Positions 27,843 to 36,362 of a DNA stretch of 64,000 nt are shown here, piece after piece; position 1 is the stretch's first letter; every line of letters starts with the position of its first letter. The notes beneath the pieces are model-generated. The model had not been told where the DNA came from, made no database searches, and saw only the letters and a program-made list of their open reading frames with translations. The stretch comes from Acidobacteriota bacterium (GTDB lineage: Bacteria > Acidobacteriota > Vicinamibacteria > Vicinamibacterales > SCN-69-37), in NCBI GenBank assembly GCA_005799825.1, contig SYFT01000024.1, forward strand, positions 11,069 through 75,068. The letters are read 5' to 3'. The translations under genes and the position numbers were made by a program.

Positions 27843-30436
27843 GGCCGATACAGAAATTCATTGAGATTGAGAAGCATGTGACAGAACTCGGTCAGTCCCT
27901 TTGAGCTTCCCGCGATGAAGGCTGCGCCGCGCTTCAAGTCAATTGCGTCAGCCGGCCGGCCCAGCGCAAGCCACACGGCGCGCTGCACCTGCGCGGCCGG
28001 GTCGGAGCCCGCCTCGCGAGCGACACGCTCGGCAAACTGGCCGGCCTGGAACAGCACCATCTGGTTATTCATCAGGATCAGGGCCTGAGGCGCAATAGTC
28101 GTGCGGTTGCGGCGGTCGATGGAATTGATCAGATTGGGCTGATCAAACGTCTCGAACATCGGATACCGGATGCTGCGCTTGGAAAACACGTACAGGCTTC
28201 GTCGCCACGTGGAAGAGTCGCTGTCGGGCTTGCCTTTCCAATCGCGGTTGGAACTCTTTTCAAACAGGTCCGGGTCGATGAACGGGAAGATCGACGGGCC
28301 GCCGATCGTTGGCTCAAGCGTGCCCGCGGCCGACAGGATGCTGTCGCGGATCACTTCGGCTTCAAGGCGCACTCGTGGCATGCGCCAAAACATCCGGTTC
28401 TCGGGATCGACGCCGTAGTTGGCTGTCGTATCGCTGGCCGCCATGCGATACGTCGTCGACGTGAGCATCAGCCGATGCATCGCCTTCATGCTCCAGCCCT
28501 GGCTCATGAATTCGGCCGCAAGCCAGTCAAGCAACTGAGGATGCGACGGCGCCTCTCCCATCTTCCCGAAGCTGCTCGGTGTGCGGACGATGCCCTCGCC
28601 GAAATGGTGCTGCCAGAGACGATTCACCATCACGCGCGCGGTCAGAGGATTGTCTTTCGACACCAGCCACTCGGCAAATCCCCGGCGACGCCAGCTCGAC
28701 TTGGCGTCTGCGGGCGGCTCAGGGAAGGTCCATTCATCACGCCTGGCGACCGACAACACACCAGGCGTCATTGCGGACCCTCGCGCATCGGGGCTGCCGC
28801 GGTGTAGGAAGAACACCGCCCCTGGCACGCGTCCGCGCTCGCCGATGGCCCGCGCGGTGGGCAGGCGTCGCGGCTCTTGAGCGTCGAGCGCGTCAATCTC
28901 GGCCTTGACCGCCGCGTGTTTTGCCTGGACCTCGTCGGGCATCAGGGCGACGACGTCCTTCTCGGTGATGAGCTTGCGAAGCGACGTGATCCCGACCGTA
29001 TCTTCGATCTGTTTGGCGTTGAGTCGCTGCCCCTCGGTGCGCTGGTCGGCGGGCGTCCTCCATGCCTCCTGCATGTAGGGCGACAGCTTCGCGACCTCGC
29101 GGTCAACTAGGATTTGGTGATAGGGCTTCTCGAGGGTCGTCTTCGCAACCCGCAGCGGCTTGTGCAAGGCTTCAATCCGCTGCGTCTCGGCACGATGGGC
29201 CGCCACCTCCTGCGCCGGGACGAGAGGATGCTCCACACTGGTCGTGGGGTCAAAAATCGACTGAATGCGGTAGTAGTCCTTCTGTGGGATGGGATCGAAC
29301 TTGTGATTGTGGCAGCGCGCACACCCCACCGTCATCCCCATGAAAGTCAGCGACGTCGTGGTCACGAGGTCATCCACCGCGTCGAGGCGATTCCCGCCGC
29401 CCTCCGGCCCCAGGCGAAGATACCCGGTGGCAATCATCGCTTCGTCGGAGCCGGGCGCGTACTCATCTCCTGCCAGTTGCTCCTTCACGAACGTGTCGTA
29501 GGGCTTGTCGGTGTTGAAGGCGGTCACCACGTAATCGCGGTACCGATACATCTCTGCCCGGTCCACGTCGAATTCGTAGCCCCCGGAATCGGCGTAGCGC
29601 ACCAGATCCATCCAGTGACGCGCCCAGCGCTCGCCGTAGTGCGGGGATGCGAGGAGCCGGTCGACCAGCGCGGGCCAGGCATTCGGAGACGAGTCGTTGA
29701 CAAAGGCGTCCGATTCAGCCGGCGTCGGCGGCAGGCCCAGCACGTCCAGATACGCGCGGCGCACAAGCGTACGTTTGTCAGCGGCCGACACCGGGGTCAG
29801 GCCTTTGCGCGACATCGCATCAAGAATGAATGCGTCGATCGGATTGGCGGACCAGCCCTCACGCGTGACCGCCGGGACCCCGGGTCGTACGATCGGCGTA
29901 AACGCCCAATACTGCCGTTCACTTTCCATGATCGGTCGTTCTTCGCGCCTGCGCAGTTCCGCAATGTCGGTGCCGGCCCCGCCGCTGGCTGCGGGCACGG
30001 TCGCCCACGAGGCACCGGCCTCAATCCACAACCGGATAGTGCGCCGCTGCGCCTCACTCAACGGCGGGGCGTCTTCGGGCATCTGCAGATCGCCATCGTG
30101 CATGATGGCCTTGTATAGCAGGCTCGCGGCCGGCTGGTGGGCCACCACGGCGCGTCCGGTCCGGCCGCCTTTTTGCAGGCCCGCCTCAGTCCTCAGATCG
30201 AGGCCACCGTCTTTGGCATCGCCGTGACACTCGATACAGGTCGTCTGCACGAGTTGGAACACGTCTGCCGCGAGTTGATCGGGCGTCCGGGTATCCTGCG
30301 CTGCATCCTGCCACGCATCAGACCATGGGGCCGCGCGTTCCGCACGCACTGTCACCACCACCCCCCAAGCCAGCATCGTCGCAAGGCCTGCGACCGTCAC
30401 GGCGCCCGAACCACACATCCGTCGTCTCACAATCAA
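27839..30436 (-). CDS. PSCyt1/DUF1549/DUF1553-domain protein (planctomycete-type cytochrome c domain)
   Basis: Heme motif CIECHG in VQTTCIECHGDAKDGGLDLRT near the N-terminus. Central GCARCHNHKFDPIPQKDYY typical of DUF1549/1553 proteins. Confidence 0.85.
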   Translation of the reverse strand: MIVRRRMCGSGAVTVAGLATMLAWGVVVTVRAERAAPWSDAWQDAAQDTRTPDQLAADVFQLVQTTCIECHGDAKDGGLDLRTEAGLQKGGRTGRAVVAHQPAASLLYKAIMHDGDLQMPEDAPPLSEAQRRTIRLWIEAGASWATVPAASGGAGTDIAELRRREERPIMESERQYWAFTPIVRPGVPAVTREGWSANPIDAFILDAMSRKGLTPVSAADKRTLVRRAYLDVLGLPPTPAESDAFVNDSSPNAWPALVDRLLASPHYGERWARHWMDLVRYADSGGYEFDVDRAEMYRYRDYVVTAFNTDKPYDTFVKEQLAGDEYAPGSDEAMIATGYLRLGPEGGGNRLDAVDDLVTTTSLTFMGMTVGCARCHNHKFDPIPQKDYYRIQSIFDPTTSVEHPLVPAQEVAAHRAETQRIEALHKPLRVAKTTLEKPYHQILVDREVAKLSPYMQEAWRTPADQRTEGQRLNAKQIEDTVGITSLRKLITEKDVVALMPDEVQAKHAAVKAEIDALDAQEPRRLPTARAIGERGRVPGAVFFLHRGSPDARGSAMTPGVLSVARRDEWTFPEPPADAKSSWRRRGFAEWLVSKDNPLTARVMVNRLWQHHFGEGIVRTPSSFGKMGEAPSHPQLLDWLAAEFMSQGWSMKAMHRLMLTSTTYRMAASDTTANYGVDPENRMFWRMPRVRLEAEVIRDSILSAAGTLEPTIGGPSIFPFIDPDLFEKSSNRDWKGKPDSDSSTWRRSLYVFSKRSIRYPMFETFDQPNLINSIDRRNRTTIAPQALILMNNQMVLFQAGQFAERVAREAGSDPAAQVQRAVWLALGRPADAIDLKRGAAFIAGSSKGLTEFCHMLLNLNEFLYRP

Positions 30437-30536
30437 TACCTGCTCCTAGTTACGAGTGTCTAAATAGTCACTTAGACCCGGCCTTCCGTCAATGACCACA
30501 TCGCCCTCGTTGCGCCGTGATTGATAGCGTCAGTAT

Positions 30537-30998
30537 ATGATCCGGCTCATGCCGCAAAAGCTTCGAACCTCTCTCGTTTTGTCTCTCGCCGGACTCGCGG
30601 TCATGGCAACCGCCGTCTCTGTCAAAACCGTCGTCACGCCTTCTGCCCAGGCCGCCCGCTGGACCATTCCGACCGGGGGCGCCGCCGAAGCAAACCCGCT
30701 GCCGATCAACGCGGCCACACTCGCCGGGGGCAAGAAGTTATTTGCTGCCAAATGCCAACGCTGCCATGGACCCGCGGGTAAGGGCGATGGTCCGGATGCG
30801 GACGCAAAGTACGCCGCGGAGATGGACCTGACCAACGTGGCGCGCGCTTCCCGCAATTCTGATGGCACGGTATTTTACAAGATCTGGAACGGGCGCTCGA
30901 ACCCGAAGATGCCCGCCTTCTCGGAAGACACCTCCAAAGAACAGGTCTGGGCCATCGTCGCCTATGCTCAGTCGTTGAGGAAACCGCCCAGTTCCTAA
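30537..30998 (+). CDS. Class I c-type cytochrome (periplasmic)
   Basis: Signal peptide, then heme motif CQRCHG (FAAKCQRCHGPAGKGDGPDA) and a distal PKMPAF Met ligand region. The stop TAA lies in the first unit of the octamer array. Confidence 0.8.
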   Translation: MIRLMPQKLRTSLVLSLAGLAVMATAVSVKTVVTPSAQAARWTIPTGGAAEANPLPINAATLAGGKKLFAAKCQRCHGPAGKGDGPDADAKYAAEMDLTNVARASRNSDGTVFYKIWNGRSNPKMPAFSEDTSKEQVWAIVAYAQSLRKPPSS

Positions 30999-31044
30999 GT
31001 TCCTAAGTTCCTAAGTTCCTAAGTTCCTAAGTTCCTAAGTTCCC
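30990..31044. repeat. 8-bp tandem repeat array (AGTTCCTA)x6 plus a partial unit
   Basis: Read directly. It fills the gap between the cytochrome c gene and the next ORF (GTG at 31046). Confidence 0.95.
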
Positions 31045-31045
31045 G

Positions 31046-31474
31046 GTGTCCTCCTCCGATCCTGCCGGCCACTTTGAACAGCGACTCTTCATCGCGGCAA
31101 AGCCGGCTGACGTGTTCGCGTGTTTTGGGGGTCATGCCGCGCTACAGGTCTGGTGGCAGGTGACGCACGCGGTGGTCACGCCGGTGCCGTTTGGCGTGTA
31201 TGAAATCGAATGGGCGCCGACGTCGTACCGCGACGACCTGTTGGGGCCGCTGGGAGGCGTCTTCCGCGGGACGGTGGTGGATGTGCGTCCGGGCCAGCAG
31301 TTCCTGGTCGCCGACTGCTGATGGGTGCCACCCGAGGGGGACGCACTGGGGCCGGTGGCGCTGCACGTCAGCGGCCAACCTGAAGGCACGGGCTGCCGGT
31401 TGGTGGTGCGCCAGGACGGCTACGAGCCGTCGACGCGGTGGCGGCGATACTACGCGGTCGCGTCGCGCAGTTAG
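31046..31474 (+). pseudogene. SRPBCC/AHSA1-like small protein interrupted by an in-frame TGA (pseudogene, or candidate Sec codon)
   Basis: ORF 31046..31321 ends ...QQFLVADC-TGA. The same frame continues WVPPEGDALGPVALHVSGQPEGTGCRLVVRQDGYEPSTRWRRYYAVASRS to a TAG at 31472-31474. The continuation looks coding-like. Confidence 0.55.
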
Positions 31475-31528
31475 CCACTCTCGCTGACCGCGCTTCGGCG
31501 TCGGGCCGAAGAGCGCCATTCGGCGCAC

Positions 31529-31858
31529 TCAGTCCGCTGACGCGCCAGCGGTGCCCACCTTGAGCGCCTTCGCCAGCCCGATGGCGAGCGGCGCAGCCAG
31601 GAAACTCAAACGCGCCCCCATCTTGGCTTGATCGAGGTACGACGAGGTGACCGGAAACGCCGCAGTTGTGAAACATAGCGCGACGGTGAATCCGATCCTT
31701 GCGGCAATGCCAATCACCACCATCGAACGATTCTCGAGGCCGACGGCTCTGGGAAATCCGAACGCGCCGGCCATCATCGCAAACGCGACGATGCCCAGCG
31801 GCTTGCCGATCACCAGGCTGCCCAGGACCATCCCCATCGCGTCGTCCGCAATGGCCAT
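31529..31858 (-). pseudogene. nhaA: 3' fragment of a Na+/H+ antiporter NhaA gene (last ~105 codons only)
   Basis: GMVLGSLVIGKPLGIVAFAMMAG...MVVIGIAARIGFTVALCFTTAAF...LDQAKMGARLSFLAAPLAIG aligns by eye with the E. coli NhaA C-terminus (LLIGKPLGISLF...GIGFTMSIFIASLAF...WAKLGILVGS). The first ~280 residues of the family are absent. Confidence 0.65.
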
Positions 31859-32228
31859 CGTCGAGCAGCAGGCGCTGGCCCCGCGAGACAGAGGAGAACA
31901 ACGGGGCAAAGGACGTCGGGATGCAGCCTGGCCCATCCTCGTCGTCGCCCAGCGTCACCAGCACCTCGGCACCGGCTGTCAGCGTGATCGGTGATGCGAG
32001 GTGGCCGGTCCGAATCTTCGGGCCGGACAGGTCCTGGAACACGAGTATGTTGCGGCCCACCGCCTGTGCCTGCGCGCGAACGGCGCCGCACGCGGCCGCG
32101 TGTTCCTCGGCCGTGCCGTGAGAACAATTCAGACGGCACACATCTACGCCCGCGGCAATCAAGGCGCTAATCACATCGCCGTCGATGGTGGCTGGGCCGA
32201 GCGTGCCGATGATCTTGGTGCGTCTCAT
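31854..32228 (-). pseudogene. pyk: 5' fragment of a pyruvate kinase gene (first 125 codons only)
   Basis: MRRTKIIGTLGPAT...CRLNCSHGTAEEH...FQDLSGPKIRTG...GQRLLLDDG matches the PK N-terminus. Beyond DDG the listed 314-aa ORF is Arg/Gly-rich nonsense running antisense-free through the nhaA fragment in another frame. Confidence 0.7.
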
Positions 32229-32295
32229 GGGCGAAATGTCTGAGGCAGCGTACAATCGCGGAAGCGGGACGGGCAAGGGCCGAGGAGACATTATT

Positions 32296-33024
32296 GTGAA
32301 AACGAGATTCATAGGAGCAGTGCTTGCGGCTCTGGTGCTGATGGCGGCGCCTGCGTGCGCTCAAACGTCCGAGATCGAGGCGCTGCGAAGAGAGTTGGCG
32401 GCGGTCAAAGAGGACCTGGCTAATTTGCGCGCCTCGCTTGGCCGCCCTCGGCCCGAGGTCGATCTCACGGGCGCGCCGACCAAAGGCAACCCCGACGCCC
32501 AGGTCGCGCTGATGGAATTTTCAGACTACGAATGCCCGTTCTGCATCCGGCACTTCCGCGAAACGATGCCGATGATTGAAAAGAACTACATTGCCACGGG
32601 GAAGATCCTGTATGCCTTCCGCGACTTTCCCATCGATGTGCTGCATCCGCAGGCGGTGAAGGCGCATGAGGCGGCGCAGTGCGGCCTGGAGCAAGGCAAG
32701 TTCTGGGAGATGCACAACACGCTCTTCGGCGCACCCGCGCAGCATTCGGTGGAAGGGCTCGAAGCGACCGCCACACAGGCCGGCGTGAATCTGGCTCCGT
32801 TCCGCGAATGCATTGCGAGCGGGCGCACGACTGCGGGCATCAGGAAGACTGCCGAACTTGCGGCCAGCTTCGGCGCCAACGGCACGCCGGCATTTTTTAT
32901 CGGCCTTGTGGACAAGGTCACCAATCAGGTCAAGGTTACTCGCGCGATCAGCGGTGCCATTCCGTTTGCGCAGTTTGCACAGGCTCTTGAAGCGGCGCTG
33001 GCGCAGGCGGCTGTGAACAAATAA
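32296..33024 (+). CDS. DsbA-family thiol:disulfide oxidoreductase (secreted, N-terminal coiled segment)
   Basis: GTG at 32296 is preceded by GGAGA. Signal peptide. Active site CPFC in FSDYECPFCIRHF. Terminal GTPAFFIG thioredoxin-fold cis-Pro region. Confidence 0.8.
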   Translation: MKTRFIGAVLAALVLMAAPACAQTSEIEALRRELAAVKEDLANLRASLGRPRPEVDLTGAPTKGNPDAQVALMEFSDYECPFCIRHFRETMPMIEKNYIATGKILYAFRDFPIDVLHPQAVKAHEAAQCGLEQGKFWEMHNTLFGAPAQHSVEGLEATATQAGVNLAPFRECIASGRTTAGIRKTAELAASFGANGTPAFFIGLVDKVTNQVKVTRAISGAIPFAQFAQALEAALAQAAVNK

Positions 33025-33194
33025 GAAGGGCGAGGCCTCGCGCGCCTGATCCCACGCGCTCGACGCGTCTGGCGGCACATACGCCTCACTGGCTGCTTTT
33101 CTAATCGGCAGACAACAGATTGACCGCATCGTCATACAGCGCGGTCAATGGTGAAGCTTCATGTTCTTCATGGTGACAGCTCTTAGTGCCAGCT

Positions 33195-34298
33195 CTAGCG
33201 CCACGGGTCCACAAGCGCCTTGGGGATCACCATGGATTCGGCAACCGCGAGGGCATCGTTGATTTGCCCGAGTCCGTAGGTGCGGGCGCCGATCAGGTGC
33301 CATGGAATTTCGTGATGGTAACGTTCGAGCACTTGCAGGGCACGCAGGAAGTGCCCCACCTGGCTGCCCCAACAGCCACGGATATCCAGGTGCTTGCGGT
33401 TGATGTGTTCGTGCGCGTTCACCGTGCTGTCGCCCGTGTTGGTGTAGTGACCGGCGATCACATAGGCGCCGCCGTTGCGCGCCATGCGCAGGCCTTCCTC
33501 GAACGCGCGCGCGGAGCCGGCCGCCTCAATCACGACGTCAGCCCCTCGGCCGCCAGTGAGCGCCAGCACTTCTTCAAGCCGCTGTTCGGGCGTCGTCGAG
33601 TCAATGTTGACGACCACGTCCGCGCCCATCTGGCGCGAAAGGTCCAGGCGGCTTTCAGGCGCGCCAACCGCGATGACCTGACCCGCACCTGCTTTGCGGG
33701 CAAGCGCGGCCGCGCTCATCCCCACCGCACCCGCGCCTTGCACAACGACGGTATCGCCAAGGACGATCTGTGAGCGTTCGATGATGTGCACGGCCGTCAG
33801 CAGGCCGCAGCCGCCGCCGATGTACGACTCGAACGACACACCATCCGGCAACTTCGCGACGACCACTCCCGGTTCGAGGTAGACCTTCTGCGACCAGCCG
33901 CCAAACAGCCCTTCGGTCGCCGAATCGGTGATGCCATACACCCTGCGCGACGGACACCGCGTGGGTGTGCGATGCGCAGTGCACGCCAGGCAGCGGCCGC
34001 ATGTGCGATGCACGTCAAAAAACGCCAGCCTGTCGCCTTCCCGTAATACGCGCCCCTCAGGATCCGTCAATGTGCCCCTGACAGAGTCGAGCGTGCCGGT
34101 GGTCACATGACCGGGAATGATTGGGTACGGTACCCCGGAAAGCCGCCCATGCCACAGGTGCACGTCGGTGCCGCAGACTTCCGACATCGCGGTGCGCAAC
34201 AGCGCGCCGCCCAAGGGCAACTCGGGTTCAGTGAATTCACGGATTTCGACAGGCACGAGCGGTGCCGGCATCACGGCGGCAAGTACAGTACGTGGCAT
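33195..34298 (-). CDS. Zinc-dependent alcohol dehydrogenase-family (MDR) oxidoreductase
   Basis: Catalytic-zinc region EVCGTDVHLWHG. Structural zinc CGRCLAC. NAD fold VVVQGAGAVG. ATG at 34298. Confidence 0.8.
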   Translation of the reverse strand: MPRTVLAAVMPAPLVPVEIREFTEPELPLGGALLRTAMSEVCGTDVHLWHGRLSGVPYPIIPGHVTTGTLDSVRGTLTDPEGRVLREGDRLAFFDVHRTCGRCLACTAHRTPTRCPSRRVYGITDSATEGLFGGWSQKVYLEPGVVVAKLPDGVSFESYIGGGCGLLTAVHIIERSQIVLGDTVVVQGAGAVGMSAAALARKAGAGQVIAVGAPESRLDLSRQMGADVVVNIDSTTPEQRLEEVLALTGGRGADVVIEAAGSARAFEEGLRMARNGGAYVIAGHYTNTGDSTVNAHEHINRKHLDIRGCWGSQVGHFLRALQVLERYHHEIPWHLIGARTYGLGQINDALAVAESMVIPKALVDPWR

Positions 34299-34332
34299 CG
34301 GGTACGATATCCTCGCCGAAGAGCTTACCCTG

Positions 34333-35673
34333 ATGACGTTGCCCGCCACCATGGTGGAGGCCGCTGCTGCGCTGCGCGCTGGCCGGCTCACCTCCACCGC
34401 ACTCGTCGAACGCAGCCTCCAGGCCATTGCGCACCATGATGCGGCCACGCACGCCTTCATTCGCATCGACGCAGAGGGCGCACACGCAGCCGCCCGACTG
34501 GCTGATCAGGAACGCGCCCGCGGTGTCGACCGTGGTCCGCTGCATGGCCTGCCGATTTCGCTGAAAGACTTGATTGATATCGCGGGCCAGCCAACCACCG
34601 CCGGCTCGCGCGTATGTGCCGACCGCGTGGCCACAGCCGACGCGCCCATCACCGCGCGATTGCGCCAGGCAGGCGCCGTGCTCATTGGAAAAACGAACCT
34701 GCACGAGTTTGCGCTCGGTACCACGAGTGAAGACTCGGCGTTCGGCCCGGTACTGCACCCCGTTGATCACACACGGTCGGCGGGCGGCTCCAGCAGCGGC
34801 TCTGCGGTCGCGGTCGCCACCGGGATGGGCCTGGCCTCGGTCGGTACCGATACCGGCGGCTCGATCAGGATTCCAGCCGCGGTGTGTGGCGTGGTTGGAC
34901 TCAAGCCATCACAAGACGACGTGCCGGTAGACGGTGTAGTCCCCCTGAGCGCGACGTTCGACCATGTAGGTCCGTTGGCGCGCTCGGTGCAGGACGCCGC
35001 GTGGTTGTGGTCGGTGCTCGCCGCCCGCCCCATTCACACCGTGCATCACGCCGACTTCAGGAACCTGCGCCTTGGACTTCTCGGCGGATACTTCGCGCAT
35101 CCGGTGGATGCGGTGGTCGCCACCGCGTTTGCGCGCGCGTGTGAGTGCCTTCGCTCGGCCGGAGTCCGCATCACGGATGTGACGGTGGACTCTGCGCAGA
35201 CCATTACCGAGGCGTACGGCAACATCGTCTTGCCCGAAGGCGCTGCGTGGCACGCGCCGTGGCTCGACAGCCGGAGCGGTGACTATTCGCTCGCGGTGCA
35301 CGGTCGCCTGATCAGTGGAAGACAGATTTCCGCGGTGGACTACCTCAGGGCCCGCGCGACCTGCGAGAGGCTCCGCCAGGAAGTGGACCAGTCGCTGTCC
35401 ACCGTCGATGCCCTGATCCTGCCGACACTGCCGATTGTGGCGCCTATCAGCGGCCAGACTGACGTGACGATTGACGGCACGGGAATGCCCGTGCGCACGG
35501 CGATGCTCAAACACACTCAGTTGTTCAACATGACCGGGCACCCGGCGATCACCCTGCCACTTGACACCACGGGTTTGCCCGCCGGCTTTCAAGTGGTTGG
35601 CCGCCGGGGCGCCACTTCGCGGCTGCTCGACATCGCCGCCGCTTGCGAAACACTATGCCCGTTCCCTCGCTGA
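34333..35673 (+). CDS. Amidase (amidase-signature family, GatA-like)
   Basis: Amidase signature GGSSSGSAVAVATGMGLASVGTDTGGSIRIPAA. Confidence 0.85.
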   Translation: MTLPATMVEAAAALRAGRLTSTALVERSLQAIAHHDAATHAFIRIDAEGAHAAARLADQERARGVDRGPLHGLPISLKDLIDIAGQPTTAGSRVCADRVATADAPITARLRQAGAVLIGKTNLHEFALGTTSEDSAFGPVLHPVDHTRSAGGSSSGSAVAVATGMGLASVGTDTGGSIRIPAAVCGVVGLKPSQDDVPVDGVVPLSATFDHVGPLARSVQDAAWLWSVLAARPIHTVHHADFRNLRLGLLGGYFAHPVDAVVATAFARACECLRSAGVRITDVTVDSAQTITEAYGNIVLPEGAAWHAPWLDSRSGDYSLAVHGRLISGRQISAVDYLRARATCERLRQEVDQSLSTVDALILPTLPIVAPISGQTDVTIDGTGMPVRTAMLKHTQLFNMTGHPAITLPLDTTGLPAGFQVVGRRGATSRLLDIAAACETLCPFPR

Positions 35674-36074
35674 CCGTAATTGCCGCACTCGCCGCCCTGC
35701 ATGATGGCGCGCTGTACATCGACGTCCGCTCAAGCGCGGAGTATGCGCAAGGTCATCCTGCCGGCGCGATCAATGTGCCCCTGCTCGACGCCGACGAGGA
35801 CACGGGCCAGGTATTGCCCAACCCCGACTTCGTGCGAGTCATGAAAGCGAACTTCGCACCCGACGCCTTGCTGCTCATCGGCTGCGAGGCGGGCAGCCGT
35901 TCGGGCCGCGCCGCGCAGATACTGGAAGTCTTCGGTTTTGTCAGTGCCGCAAGCGTCGTGGGCGGATACGTCGGCTGGCGCGCAGCAGGCCACGCAGTGG
36001 AGACATCAGTTCCCGTCGGCCGCACCTACGCGGATCTCCTCGCAAGGGCCGAAGAGAACGTACACGAGACATGA
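35655..36074 (+). CDS. Rhodanese-domain sulfurtransferase
   Basis: YIDVRSSAEYAQGHPAGAINVP, and active-site loop CEAGSRS. Confidence 0.8.
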   Translation: MPVPSLTVIAALAALHDGALYIDVRSSAEYAQGHPAGAINVPLLDADEDTGQVLPNPDFVRVMKANFAPDALLLIGCEAGSRSGRAAQILEVFGFVSAASVVGGYVGWRAAGHAVETSVPVGRTYADLLARAEENVHET

Positions 36075-36143
36075 AGGCCTGCAGGAACTCCCCACTTTCT
36101 GGTCCTTCAGTTCCTTCATGCCTCGTGTGTACAAAGGTGTTGC

Positions 36144-36356
36144 CTAAAGGTACTTGAAGAGGCCCTTGAGGGCCTCGGCGATGACTGAGAACAACGCCTG
36201 CATGGCCGGCCAGACATCACCTTCCGACATCTTGGAGGCGGCGTCGGCAACAGTCACGGGCGCCGTGAGCAGAAGCCACACGGTGGCCGCCGCCATCGTG
36301 GTCGCGACAAGCCCGACGATCGCGACCAGGCTCACGCTCCAACGGGCAAGGGACAT
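36144..36356 (-). CDS. Small hypothetical membrane protein
   Basis: 70-aa ORF starting 6 nt after the qor stop. One clear TM helix WSVSLVAIVGLVATTMAAATVWLLL. No family recognised. Confidence 0.4.
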   Translation of the reverse strand: MSLARWSVSLVAIVGLVATTMAAATVWLLLTAPVTVADAASKMSEGDVWPAMQALFSVIAEALKGLFKYL

Positions 36357-36362
36357 CGCCGG

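Noticed and set aside
31368-32312. 314-aa ORF as an intact gene.
   Set aside because: Only the first 125 residues after the internal Met are pyruvate kinase-like. The rest is out-of-frame read-through of an nhaA fragment.
33030-33041. GCGAGGCCTCGC palindrome after the dsbA-like gene as a rho-independent terminator.
   Set aside because: The stem would be only about 4 bp once a loop is allowed, and no U-tract follows. That is insufficient evidence.
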